This document shows positions 18,190 to 27,473 of a stretch of DNA of 64,000 bases, one piece after another; the stretch's first letter is position 1, and each line of letters begins with the position of its first letter. Source of the DNA: Acidobacteriota bacterium (lineage in GTDB: Bacteria; Acidobacteriota; UBA890; WLXD01). The notes under the pieces are model-generated. The model made no database searches. It saw only the letters and a list, made by a program, of their open reading frames with translations, and was not told the origin of the DNA. Location: assembly GCA_965205505.1 (NCBI GenBank), contig CBDBHB010000005.1:1-64000 (forward strand). The letters run 5' to 3'. Position numbers and translations under genes: made by a program.

Positions 18190-18985
18190 GCCGATCGGCA
18201 CGCGTGTAGGCAACCATACTCACCCCGCGGACGAAGCCGACTAACGTCATCGATTTATCCTTAGCCAGCTCGATCGCCAGGCTCGAGGCAGCGGAAACGC
18301 CGGCAACAACCGGTACCCGAGCAACAATGGCCTTTTGAACGATCTCGAACGACTGCCGACCCGACACAATAAGCATGTGGCCGGTCAGCGGAAGCAGATC
18401 GTGTGTGTAGGCGTAGCCGATCACCTTGTCGACGGCGTTGTGGCGTCCGACATCCTCGCGCACCACAATCAGCTCGCCGTCCCGTGAGAACAACCCTGCA
18501 GCATGCAACCCACCCGTTGCCGAGAACACCTCCTGCCGATCGCGGAGCGCCGGCACTGCCGCCGTAATGCGTTCGCGTCGGAAGGTCGTCGAATCGTCCA
18601 GGGCCGGCGCGATGACGTGGATCGCATCGATGCTCGCCTTGCCGCACACCCCGCACGACGACGAGGCGTAGAAGTTGCGGTTCCAGTCGCCGGCCGGCTC
18701 CACCCCCGTCACCAGACGCACTTCAACGATATTCTCGGGGTTCAACACGTCAGGGTCGGCGCAGGCGCTGATAGAGCCTATGTCCCCCACGTTTACGATT
18801 CCCTCGCTGTAGAGGAATCCCGCGGCGAGCTCGCGATCGTGACCCGGCGTCCGCATAACCACCGCCACCGGCTCACGGCCAAGCCTGATCTCGCAGGGCT
18901 CCTCCACGGCCACGTGATCGTCAACCTGCTCGACGACATCCCCGTCGCTACGCTGCACCGGTACGATGACACTGGACTCTTCCAC
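18182..18985 (-). CDS. fdhD: Formate dehydrogenase accessory sulfurtransferase
   Basis: VAVEEP, MRTPG, SSCGVCG, TGGLHAA, EDVGRHNAVDK. Confidence 0.92.
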   Translation of the reverse strand: MEESSVIVPVQRSDGDVVEQVDDHVAVEEPCEIRLGREPVAVVMRTPGHDRELAAGFLYSEGIVNVGDIGSISACADPDVLNPENIVEVRLVTGVEPAGDWNRNFYASSSCGVCGKASIDAIHVIAPALDDSTTFRRERITAAVPALRDRQEVFSATGGLHAAGLFSRDGELIVVREDVGRHNAVDKVIGYAYTHDLLPLTGHMLIVSGRQSFEIVQKAIVARVPVVAGVSAASSLAIELAKDKSMTLVGFVRGVSMVAYTRADRLI

Positions 18986-18991
18986 GACGCC

Positions 18992-19897
18992 TCAGAGACC
19001 CGAGACGGGTGGCGCGCGGACTGCCTCGTCGGCGGCCGCGCCGCTGTCCTGTTCGAGCACAGCAAGCAAGTCTTCCGGGCCCCATTCGTTGCCGACAAAT
19101 ACCCTCACCACCGCCCCTTCCGGATCGACCAGCACGGTGCGTAACGAGTGCAGCAGCTGACCGGCGTCAGGCATGAAGCGTAGTCCGGTGAACTCTCCGA
19201 GCTCCTTGAGCGCGGCTGGCGTCGAGCTAGCGAACTGCCAACGCTCGAACCCCGCCGGGGCGGCCGCCTCCAAGTAGCGCTCACCGTACAGCCGCAACAC
19301 CTCAGCGGTATCGAACTGTGGATCGATGCTCAGCGACAGTAGCTGGAGATCGAGGAAGCGCTCCGAATCGGCCTCCACGGTGGCGAACAGCGACCGGAAG
19401 TTCTCCGACATCTGCGGACAGAAATCCGGCAATGGGCAGCGCGTGTAGATGAACGTGAATGCGAAGTAGCGGCCTCGATATGTGTCGAGGCCGAACCGTT
19501 CGTCGTCCTGGTTGATCACCTCGATCACCGGAACCAGCTCGCCGCGCTTCGCGGTTCGAATCACGGCTTCCGACGCAGCGCCACGGGGCGCCGGAGTGGT
19601 AATGACGATGTTCTCGAGCCAGCTGTCGGCACCCCGGACGACCAGCGTTGCACGAACCGCTGCTCCCGGCTCGGCCGAGTCGAAGACCCACGCTTCGGGA
19701 ACGTTGAACGGCATGGTCATCGCCGTCATGTAGTCCGCAACCGTCTCGTGCTCGATCGTGAGGGTCTGGCCCCTCGCGTCCTCGCTGACCACGATTCCGA
19801 CGAGATCGAAGCGTCGCCCTACCTCCATCTCCGAGTCGGCCCCACAAGCGCATAGCAACAAGGCGGCAAGGCCGCAAAGACACGGTCGTCGGATCAT
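18992..19897 (-). CDS. SCO-family lipoprotein with N-terminal CusF-like copper-binding domain
   Basis: Lipobox CAC-G; H-x4-DYMTAMTMPF; FIYTRCPLPDFCP; SIDPQFDT; HSLRT. Confidence 0.85.
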   Translation of the reverse strand: MIRRPCLCGLAALLLCACGADSEMEVGRRFDLVGIVVSEDARGQTLTIEHETVADYMTAMTMPFNVPEAWVFDSAEPGAAVRATLVVRGADSWLENIVITTPAPRGAASEAVIRTAKRGELVPVIEVINQDDERFGLDTYRGRYFAFTFIYTRCPLPDFCPQMSENFRSLFATVEADSERFLDLQLLSLSIDPQFDTAEVLRLYGERYLEAAAPAGFERWQFASSTPAALKELGEFTGLRFMPDAGQLLHSLRTVLVDPEGAVVRVFVGNEWGPEDLLAVLEQDSGAAADEAVRAPPVSGL

Positions 19898-19916
19898 ACG
19901 TGAGGCTCCCGGAGCT

Positions 19917-22106
19917 TCATAGAGATTCGAGCTTGTGGGGCCAAGCCTCAGAATAGAATGGCTCGTCGCCATCGAGTACGCCAGTCGGTTCGAACCGCGC
20001 TCCGTGTCGGTTCGCCAGGTCCCGCATGCGCGACTGCGTCGCGGCGCGACCACGAGCATCGGCGTGGCGGAAGATCCCACCACGAAACGGCGCAAAGCCC
20101 GCACCGAACACCAACGCGAGATCGGCGGCCTGCGGCGAGGCCACAATCCCCTCTTCGAGCGCCCGCGCCGATTCAGCCAACATGGTAAGCATGCACCGAT
20201 CGACAATCGTCTCGGCTGTTTCGGTGTTGTCGTCCTGCCGAACGAGGCGCTCGATCTCGGGGTCCGGCTGCGGGTGTCCACCGGGGCCATATCGATAGAA
20301 ACCAGCCCCACCTTTCCGCCCGCGTCGTCCCGTCTCGTAGACACGTATCGCTGCATCCGACCGACGCCCCCTATCGCCGAGTACCGGCGCGAGCTGCGCG
20401 GCAACCTTGGCGGCCACATCGAGACCGATCTCGTCGAGCAGGCGCAGCGGCCCCATCGGCATCCCGAACTCCTCCAGGGCTTCGTCGATCTGGCCGATCG
20501 TCGCCCCTTCTTCGAGCAACAGCAGAGCTTCGTTCAGAAACGGCGTCAACACGCGGTTCACGAAGAACCCCGGTGAGTCCGCCACCACCAACGGCACCTT
20601 GCCCATCGCGACTGCGAACGCCACTGCCGTAGCGATCGCCGCGTCTGACGAGTCCGGCCCGCGGACCACCTCCACCAGCGGCATCCGGTGCACCGGGTTG
20701 AAGAAATGCAGCCCGACGAGACGTGACGGGTCGGTGAGCGCCGTAGCCATGGCCGCCACGGTGAGCGACGAGGTGTTGGTTGCCAGGACGGTGTGCGACG
20801 ACGATGCCTGCTCGGCCGCGGCCAGCACCTCATGCTTGACGTCGAGGTTCTCGACCACTGCTTCGATGATCAGGTCTGCGTGTCGGAACCCGTCATTGTG
20901 CAGCGTCGGTGAGATCAAGCCCATTCCACGGCGTACTTGCCGGCGGCTCATCTTGCGTCGGCGGCGCCGGTCCTCGAAGCGCTCGAACGCCACCCCCATC
21001 GCCAGCTTCAGGGAGTCCATCGAAATGTCCTTCATACGCACCGAAACCCCGCGGTACGCCGCCAGCTGGGCGATTCCGCCGCCCATCACGCCGGCGCCAA
21101 GCACTCCCAAGCGTTGTACTGATCTGGAAACCCCGGCCCCCGCATCGGATCGGTCGCGCCGCGCCGCCTGCCGGAGAAAGAAGATCCCCACCAGGTTACG
21201 GGTCGCCTCGTGCACTACCAGCTCTCCGATCGCCTCCGCCTCCAGCTTGAGGCCCTGCTCGAGGGAGCCACGGAGACCGCGCCGTACTGCCGCCACGGCC
21301 GCGGTCGGCGCCGGGTAATGGCCTTTGGCCCGCCGGGCAACGCTGGCTGCCGCCTGCCGGAACACCAGCGCCCGTCCGACCGGATTGCCCTCGACGACCC
21401 AGCGCCGCACGCGACGAACCAGCGGCTTGTCTTCCGGCGCTACTCGCCGCGGGCGCGTGTGCGGATGCTCTAAAGCCCATTGAATGGCCGTGGCGCGCAG
21501 CAGCGGCATCGGAACGACCTCGTCGATCAAACCGATGCGGCGGGCGCGCTTGGCGTTGGCGGAGCGCCCAGTGAGGATCATCGGCAGCGCTCGCTCCAGC
21601 GACAACAATCGCGGCAGCCGCTGCGTTCCGCCGAAGCCCGGAATGACGCCGAGGTTGACCTCTGGAAATCCGATCTCGACGGTCGGATCGTCGGCGGCGA
21701 TTCGATAGTGGCACGCCAACGCGAGTTCAGCGCCTCCACCCAGGCAGGTGCCGTTGATCGCCGCCACGGTGGTGAGCGGTAGCTCGGCGAGCGCCTGGAA
21801 AGCGAGCTGCCCCTGACGGGCACCCGCTGCGCCAGCGGCGGCACTGCGTACCCCGCCGATCACACCCACATCGAGACCGGCGATAAACGAGCCCCGCTTG
21901 CCGGAGGCGACTATCAGACATCGCAGTCGCCCCTGCTCGGCGAGGTCGCGCACCTCGGCCACCAGCAACACGAATCGCTCGATGAGCTCGGGCGTGAACC
22001 GGTTATGCTGGCTGTCGGGTTGATCGAACTCGAGTACGGCGATCCCGGCGGCATCAACGTCGAGGCTGAGTCCGGCCCCGGCCACAGCGTCGTGCTTGCC
22101 GCTCAC
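19917..22106 (-). CDS. fadJ: Fatty-acid oxidation multifunctional enzyme (enoyl-CoA hydratase/3-hydroxyacyl-CoA dehydrogenase, FadJ/FadB-like)
   Basis: CLGGGAELAL, PEVNLGVIPGFGGTQRL, GAGVMGGGI, ATNTSSL, LHFFNPV, PGFFVNR. Confidence 0.88.
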   Translation of the reverse strand: MSGKHDAVAGAGLSLDVDAAGIAVLEFDQPDSQHNRFTPELIERFVLLVAEVRDLAEQGRLRCLIVASGKRGSFIAGLDVGVIGGVRSAAAGAAGARQGQLAFQALAELPLTTVAAINGTCLGGGAELALACHYRIAADDPTVEIGFPEVNLGVIPGFGGTQRLPRLLSLERALPMILTGRSANAKRARRIGLIDEVVPMPLLRATAIQWALEHPHTRPRRVAPEDKPLVRRVRRWVVEGNPVGRALVFRQAAASVARRAKGHYPAPTAAVAAVRRGLRGSLEQGLKLEAEAIGELVVHEATRNLVGIFFLRQAARRDRSDAGAGVSRSVQRLGVLGAGVMGGGIAQLAAYRGVSVRMKDISMDSLKLAMGVAFERFEDRRRRRKMSRRQVRRGMGLISPTLHNDGFRHADLIIEAVVENLDVKHEVLAAAEQASSSHTVLATNTSSLTVAAMATALTDPSRLVGLHFFNPVHRMPLVEVVRGPDSSDAAIATAVAFAVAMGKVPLVVADSPGFFVNRVLTPFLNEALLLLEEGATIGQIDEALEEFGMPMGPLRLLDEIGLDVAAKVAAQLAPVLGDRGRRSDAAIRVYETGRRGRKGGAGFYRYGPGGHPQPDPEIERLVRQDDNTETAETIVDRCMLTMLAESARALEEGIVASPQAADLALVFGAGFAPFRGGIFRHADARGRAATQSRMRDLANRHGARFEPTGVLDGDEPFYSEAWPHKLESL

Positions 22107-22158
22107 CGCCAGTTTCCTCGGCTTCTATCTCGTTGCATCGCGCGGAGCCGGACACCGG

Positions 22159-22234
22159 CATCACCTCGTCGTCGCTTCTTGCCCGCGCCCGCAAGTCCCA
22201 CTTGCCAGACACTCCACATCTTCGCCACGGCCTG
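22159..22234. repeat. Degenerate partial MITE copy inside the fad operon
   Basis: catcacctcgtcgtcgcttcttgcc...ccagacactccacatcttcgccacggcctg parallels the 3' part of copy A and ends at TTAA, which contains the thiolase stop. Confidence 0.6.
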
Positions 22235-23521
22235 TTAACGCTCCAGGACGACGGCGCCACCCTGGCCGCCGCCGATACACATCGTGGCCAGCCCTCGGCC
22301 AACTCGGCGGCGCGCCATTTCAAGCAGCAGCGTAATCACCAATCGGGCACCTGTGGTTCCAACCGGGTGGCCAAGAGCAATCGCACCGCCGTTGACGTTC
22401 AACCGCTCCATGGGAATGTCTCCAATAGCCTTGTCGCGCCCCAACTCCTGGCGTGCGAACACACACGACCGGAAGCACAACAGGCAGGCAAGGACCTGCG
22501 CTGCAAAGGCCTCGTTGAGCTCGACGAGGTCGATCTGATCGAGGTTGACACCCGCGTCGTCGAGCGCCCGAGGCGTGGCGAAACACGGCCCGAGACCCAT
22601 GCGACGTGGCGAAAGGCCGCCCCAGCCGTATCCCGCAATCCTGCCCAGGGGCTCGTAGCCGAGGTCCGCGGCCAACCTGGCCTCCATGACCAGCGTCACC
22701 GCCGCCCCATCGGTAACCATGCAGGAGTTGCCCGGGGTTACCGTTCCGTGGCGTCGATCGAACGCCGGCCGTAGCTTCGCCAACGCTTCCATGCTCTGAT
22801 TCGCACGCGGCCCGACGTCGGTGTCGATCGTAGTGTCGTAGCGCGGCGGTTCGTAGACTGGGATGCGCTCTTGCTCGAAGCGCCCTTCGGCCTCGGCAGC
22901 CACCGCCAGCTGGTGGCTGCGCAGGGCAAACTCGTCCTGCTGCTCACGAGTGATACCGAACTCCTTGGCCAACACCTCCGCGGTCTCGCCCATGTTGAGG
23001 CCGCACACCGGGTCGGTCAGGCCAGTAGCCAATGCGATCTCGGGCCGGAAATGGCGCAACCGGAAGCCCGACAGCGCCGCCAGACGCGCCATCGTCGAGC
23101 GCGCCCGATAGACGTCCTCGAAAATGCGCGTGGCCGCACGCGAATACAGCAGCGGATAGCCGCTCATCGACTCCACACCACCAGCCACGATCACCTGTGC
23201 ACGACCGCTCCGAATGCGCTCGGCGGCGGTCGTAATCGCCTCCAGGCCAGAACCGCAATTGCGCTGCACGGTCACCGCTGGAATCTGCCTCGGAAGGTTG
23301 GCCCTCAGAGCGACCACGCGCGCGATGTTGGCAGCGTCGATCGGGTTGCCGGCGCAACCGAGGATCACCTCGTCGATACGGTCTGGCGCAATGTCGGCGC
23401 GCGCGACCAGCTCACCGACCGCCTGGCGGCCCAGCTCGACCGCGGGTATGCGGCGCAGCGCCGTGCCGGCCTTGGCAAACACCGTCCGCAGCCCGTGGGT
23501 GACGACCACCTCAGTGGACAT
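22235..23521 (-). CDS. Acetyl-CoA C-acyltransferase (thiolase, FadI-like)
   Basis: [41 protein letters not shown]. Confidence 0.93.
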   Translation of the reverse strand: MSTEVVVTHGLRTVFAKAGTALRRIPAVELGRQAVGELVARADIAPDRIDEVILGCAGNPIDAANIARVVALRANLPRQIPAVTVQRNCGSGLEAITTAAERIRSGRAQVIVAGGVESMSGYPLLYSRAATRIFEDVYRARSTMARLAALSGFRLRHFRPEIALATGLTDPVCGLNMGETAEVLAKEFGITREQQDEFALRSHQLAVAAEAEGRFEQERIPVYEPPRYDTTIDTDVGPRANQSMEALAKLRPAFDRRHGTVTPGNSCMVTDGAAVTLVMEARLAADLGYEPLGRIAGYGWGGLSPRRMGLGPCFATPRALDDAGVNLDQIDLVELNEAFAAQVLACLLCFRSCVFARQELGRDKAIGDIPMERLNVNGGAIALGHPVGTTGARLVITLLLEMARRRVGRGLATMCIGGGQGGAVVLER

Positions 23522-25265
23522 ACATCTCCTCGATCAGGGCGGCGAAATCCTCCTCTACCTTGTGGCGCACAAGCTTCATGGTCGGGGTCAGGTGGCCATC
23601 CGCCAACGTGAACGGACGATCGACCAGGCGGAAAGCGCGGGCGCGCTCGTATCGCGCCAGGTTGACCTGCAACCGCTCGAGCTCGCCTGCAAACAGTTCG
23701 CGCACCTCGTCGATCCCGCAAAGAGCCGCCCGATCGCCGCCGAGGCCGCGCTCAGCGGCCCAGCGCTCGAGGCGCGAGAACGCTGGCACAATCAACGCCG
23801 CGACGAACCGGCGGTTGTTACCGACGGCGATCACCTGCTCGACCCATGGGCTCGCCGAGATCGCTGTCTCGACGATTTGGGGTGCCACATTCTTGCCGGT
23901 CGAGGTCACCAGAATGGCCTTTTTTCGATCGGTGATCCGCAAGTAACCGCCAGGCTCGATCGTGCCCACGTCGCCAGTAAACAACCAGCCGTCGCGGAGC
24001 GCCTCGGCGGTCGCCTCCGGGTCGTCGAGATACCCCTTCATCACGCTGGGGGCTCGCACCACGATCTCGTTGTCTGCGGCGAGCCGTACCTCTACGTTGT
24101 CTAGCGGCCTCCCCACCGTTCCAATGCGATTGTCGCCCGGGGAGTTGGTCGAGATGACCGGTGCACTCTCGGTGAGGCCATAGCCCTGAATCAACTCCCA
24201 GCCCATCGCCGCGTACCACCAGTTGAGCTCCGGATCGAGAGCAGCGCCGCCGGCAGACAGCACCCGCATCCGCCCACCGGTCGCTTCACGGATCTTGCTG
24301 AGGACGAGCTTGTCCACGACAGGATGGAGGAGTTGGTTCAGCAATCCTTCCGGCTCACCTGCGTACGACGATCGCGCCCTCCGCATTCCCACCTGCAGCG
24401 CCAACTCATAGATGCGCGACCCATGGACGCGATCCTCAATCGCTTGCCGCAGCTTCTCGTACAGTCGCGGCACTCCGGCCATCATCGTGGGACGTACGAG
24501 CCCCATGTCGGTGCTCAGCTCAGACGGGTCGCTGTAGGCAATACGCGCCCCGGCCGCGAGATAGCAGTAGTCGATCATACGCTCGTAGACGTGGCACAGG
24601 GGCAGCAGACAAAGCGCCACGTCGGTCGCCTCTACCGGCGAGCATTCGATCACCCCCTCGACGTTGGCGACGAGATTGCCGTGCGTCAACATCACACCCT
24701 TGGGTGGACCGCTTGTACCGGACGTGAAGATGATGGTCGCCACCGAGTCGGCACTTTCCGGTCCGTCGAAGTCGCCACCGCTTTCGTCGGGCAGGAAGTC
24801 GCCCCACTCCACCATCGGAACATCGATCTGTTGGTCGCCTGGGTCATCGAGCGCCACCAGCGTCGTGAGCTCTGGCAGACCACCCGCCGCCGCCGCGACC
24901 TTCGCTGCCTGCTCGGGCAAGTCCACCACCACGACGCGGCACTTGCTGCGGCGGAAACAGTCCGCCACCTGAGCTGCGGCAAGGGTGGGAAACAGCGGCA
25001 CCAGCACCGCGCCCAGCCGATGGCAGGCGAAATCGACCACGTGCCATTCTGGCCGATTGCCGCTGATCAGACCGACCCGACTCCCGCGACCGATGCCCAG
25101 ATCGCGCAACGCACTGGCGCACCGATCCACTTGCCCTAGCAGATCTGCCGCACTCCAGGGGTCGAAAGAGGCGGCGCCGGCCCGGCGCACGTACAGAAGC
25201 TCGCTGCGCCCGTCGGCCGCAACCCGATCGAGGATGTCACAGAGCGTCTTCATCGTCGGGCGCAC
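23511..25265 (-). CDS. Long-chain fatty acid-CoA ligase
   Basis: IFTSGTSGPPKGVMLTH, QGYGLTE, TGDVG, ITDRKK, GKNVAP, LTPTMK. Confidence 0.9.
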   Translation of the reverse strand: MRPTMKTLCDILDRVAADGRSELLYVRRAGAASFDPWSAADLLGQVDRCASALRDLGIGRGSRVGLISGNRPEWHVVDFACHRLGAVLVPLFPTLAAAQVADCFRRSKCRVVVVDLPEQAAKVAAAAGGLPELTTLVALDDPGDQQIDVPMVEWGDFLPDESGGDFDGPESADSVATIIFTSGTSGPPKGVMLTHGNLVANVEGVIECSPVEATDVALCLLPLCHVYERMIDYCYLAAGARIAYSDPSELSTDMGLVRPTMMAGVPRLYEKLRQAIEDRVHGSRIYELALQVGMRRARSSYAGEPEGLLNQLLHPVVDKLVLSKIREATGGRMRVLSAGGAALDPELNWWYAAMGWELIQGYGLTESAPVISTNSPGDNRIGTVGRPLDNVEVRLAADNEIVVRAPSVMKGYLDDPEATAEALRDGWLFTGDVGTIEPGGYLRITDRKKAILVTSTGKNVAPQIVETAISASPWVEQVIAVGNNRRFVAALIVPAFSRLERWAAERGLGGDRAALCGIDEVRELFAGELERLQVNLARYERARAFRLVDRPFTLADGHLTPTMKLVRHKVEEDFAALIEEMYVH

Positions 25266-25418
25266 GCAGCGCCGCTCCTGTTTTTCCCGTGCAAGACAGG
25301 AACCTTACCCCATCCTGATGCGAGTGGGTCGCGGGTGCGGAGCACGTATGCGATCGTGGAGTCATAGTCTCGATCCGACCGCCGCTCGCCGACCAGCAGC
25401 TCGCTCCAAGGCTCGCAG

Positions 25419-26594
25419 ATGTTCAGCCCTGACCAGCCCTTCTTCGCGCCCATCCTGCTGCCCTCGGACCGTGAAGCGCTCGCGGACTCGCCACCTCAGC
25501 ATGCCGCAGTGCTGTCGATCAGCTACGCCATGAACCCACGCAACGCCGCCTTGTTCGAATTGGCAAGGGGCCGGGCTGAGCAGCTCCTGGTAGACCCGCG
25601 GACGGCCTCGTTCCAGTTCGAGGGCTACCTGAGCATGGAAGACTATCGCAAGGTCCCGTACAGCCCGGGCAAGCTCACCCTCGGCTCTTTGTGGGAGCCG
25701 CGTGACTTCGCAACGCGCGAGCAACGAGCTCGCCTGATCGAGCCCGTGTGTACGGCGCAGGCCGCAGTGGGTGCCAGCATCCTGATCGCGCCATACGTGC
25801 TCGTGTCGGATGTGACGCACCCCTGGCTACCGATCGCCGTCGACCTGGCTGGCGAGGCCCTGGCGTGCAACCGCCGCCACCCGATGGCGGTAGCGGTCTG
25901 CGTGGATATCGACGCGGTGCTCACGGCGGCGCAGCGAGCCGTCCTGTGCGACGGCTTTGGTCAGCTCGAACCCGAATTGCTCCTGCTGACAGTAGTCAAC
26001 TTCGACGAGGTCGAGGCGAGCCCCGAGGAGGCTCTGGCGGTCATCGACCTCATCAAGCGCCTTGGCTCCGGCGGCGTCCCGGTGGTGCTGATGTACGCTG
26101 GCCGGGCTGGTCTCTCGACGATCGCCGCCGGTGCGGCCGGGTATGCGGGCGGTGGATTGGAGCTGGAATCACACCCGAAGCGCTACTTCCGCGAGGGACT
26201 CGTGAACCTGCACGCCAACAGCTACTACCTGCCGGGTTGCATGCTGCGGCTACCGGTGCGACTCGCAGACGCCATCGCGCGACGCGTACCGGAGGCGCTC
26301 GGGACCGACGAGGGTCTCCCCGCGGCCAAGGTGTATCGCCAGCGGTTGACCGCCGCGCTGACGGCGAAGCACGCCGAGGTGCGGGCGCTTGCTGAGCTCG
26401 AGGATACGGCGCGAATCAGCTGGCTGCGGGCCCGGTTGGACACCGCGCTCGAAGTTTGCGAACGTGCCCGTACAGCGCTCGACGATGGCTCTGGCAAGTT
26501 ACAGCTGTCGGGTGGAGCTTTTCACTATCTCGAGGTGCTCCGAGAGGTCGCCGGCGGCCCGGCGGCTCAACGCCCCGAGCATCCCGACTTTTGA
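25419..26594 (+). CDS. Hypothetical beta/alpha-barrel protein, tentatively TGT-like
   Basis: Intact 391-aa ORF with alternating beta/alpha pattern: LLVDP-x-T, Q-x3-GA-x2-LIAPY, GL-x3-AAGA-x-G. The fold call is from recollection only. Confidence 0.5.
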   Translation: MFSPDQPFFAPILLPSDREALADSPPQHAAVLSISYAMNPRNAALFELARGRAEQLLVDPRTASFQFEGYLSMEDYRKVPYSPGKLTLGSLWEPRDFATREQRARLIEPVCTAQAAVGASILIAPYVLVSDVTHPWLPIAVDLAGEALACNRRHPMAVAVCVDIDAVLTAAQRAVLCDGFGQLEPELLLLTVVNFDEVEASPEEALAVIDLIKRLGSGGVPVVLMYAGRAGLSTIAAGAAGYAGGGLELESHPKRYFREGLVNLHANSYYLPGCMLRLPVRLADAIARRVPEALGTDEGLPAAKVYRQRLTAALTAKHAEVRALAELEDTARISWLRARLDTALEVCERARTALDDGSGKLQLSGGAFHYLEVLREVAGGPAAQRPEHPDF

Positions 26595-26595
26595 C

Positions 26596-26826
26596 TCAGA
26601 CTGCTTCGAGGTCGGCGAGCGGACCGACAGAATCGAACCGCAAGTCGCACGCTTGGCGTCTCCCTGTATCGGGGCAGTACACGCCGCAGCTATCAAAGGG
26701 ACGCGAGTACACGTGCAGGCTCACGGCAGGTTCCTGCCACTCGGCCAGGTTGCCGATGCGGTGCACGCAAGCACAGCGGTCCAGGTAGAGGTCATCACCG
26801 TCGCCCCCGACGATCGCGTCATGCAA
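26596..26826 (-). pseudogene. C-terminal fragment of a cysteine dioxygenase-like cupin
   Basis: VHRIGN...PAVSLHVYSRPFDSC motif present. The N-terminal HxH half is missing, and the upstream frame reaches a stop within about 40 codons. Confidence 0.6.
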
Positions 26827-26933
26827 CAGCCGAGGTGGCCTGGCGCAGCCATCGCTCGCTGCGCTGAGCGGCCGCCCGGCGACCGCCTGTGCGATGATCT
26901 GCCGGGTCGTGCAAGCGCAAGAAGGAGGTTGTG

Positions 26934-27457
26934 GTGGCGTTTATCAGTGTCATCGGTGAGGAGGAAGCCACCGGTCTGTTGCGGCGCGAGTACGACGCCG
27001 CACTAGAGCGTGCGGGGAAGGTCTTCAACGTTGTCAAGATCCAGAGCGTGCGACCGCGCGTGCTCCGTTCCGGTATCGCCCTGTACTCGCAGATCATGCA
27101 CGGTGAATCTGAGCTGACGCGCGCCGAGCGTGAGATGATCGCTGTGGTTGTCTCACAGGTGAACGACTGCCACTACTGAGTGCGCTCTCACGCTGACGAC
27201 CTCCGTGCCGAGGTCGACGATCCAGGGCTCGTCGAGGCAATCGAGCGCGATTGGCAGAGCGCGCCGCCACCCTGTGCGCACATGCCGTCAAGCTCACCCA
27301 AGACCCGGCGAGCATCGGCGAGCCGGACATGGGCCGCCTGCGGGAGGCCGGCTGTACCGACGGCGCGATCCACGACCTGACCCAGGTAGCGGGGTTCTTT
27401 GCCTACTACAACCGTCTCGCCGACGGCTTGGGTATCGATCCCGAGCCCGACTGGTGA
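26934..27457 (+). CDS. AhpD/carboxymuconolactone decarboxylase-like peroxidase, predicted selenoprotein (CxxU); later frameshift near 27265
   Basis: RBS AGGAGG. EREMIAVVVSQVNDCHY-TGA(27177-27179)-VRSH continues in frame; C-terminal AVKLT...YYNRLADGLG lies in another frame. Confidence 0.75.
27197..27216 (+). promoter_or_regulatory. Candidate bacterial SECIS hairpin
   Basis: Stem CGACCTC/GAGGTCG with loop CGTGCC (GU at loop positions 2-3); 24 nt separate the UGA from the loop. Confidence 0.6.
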
Positions 27458-27473
27458 TCAACTCCGTCGACGT

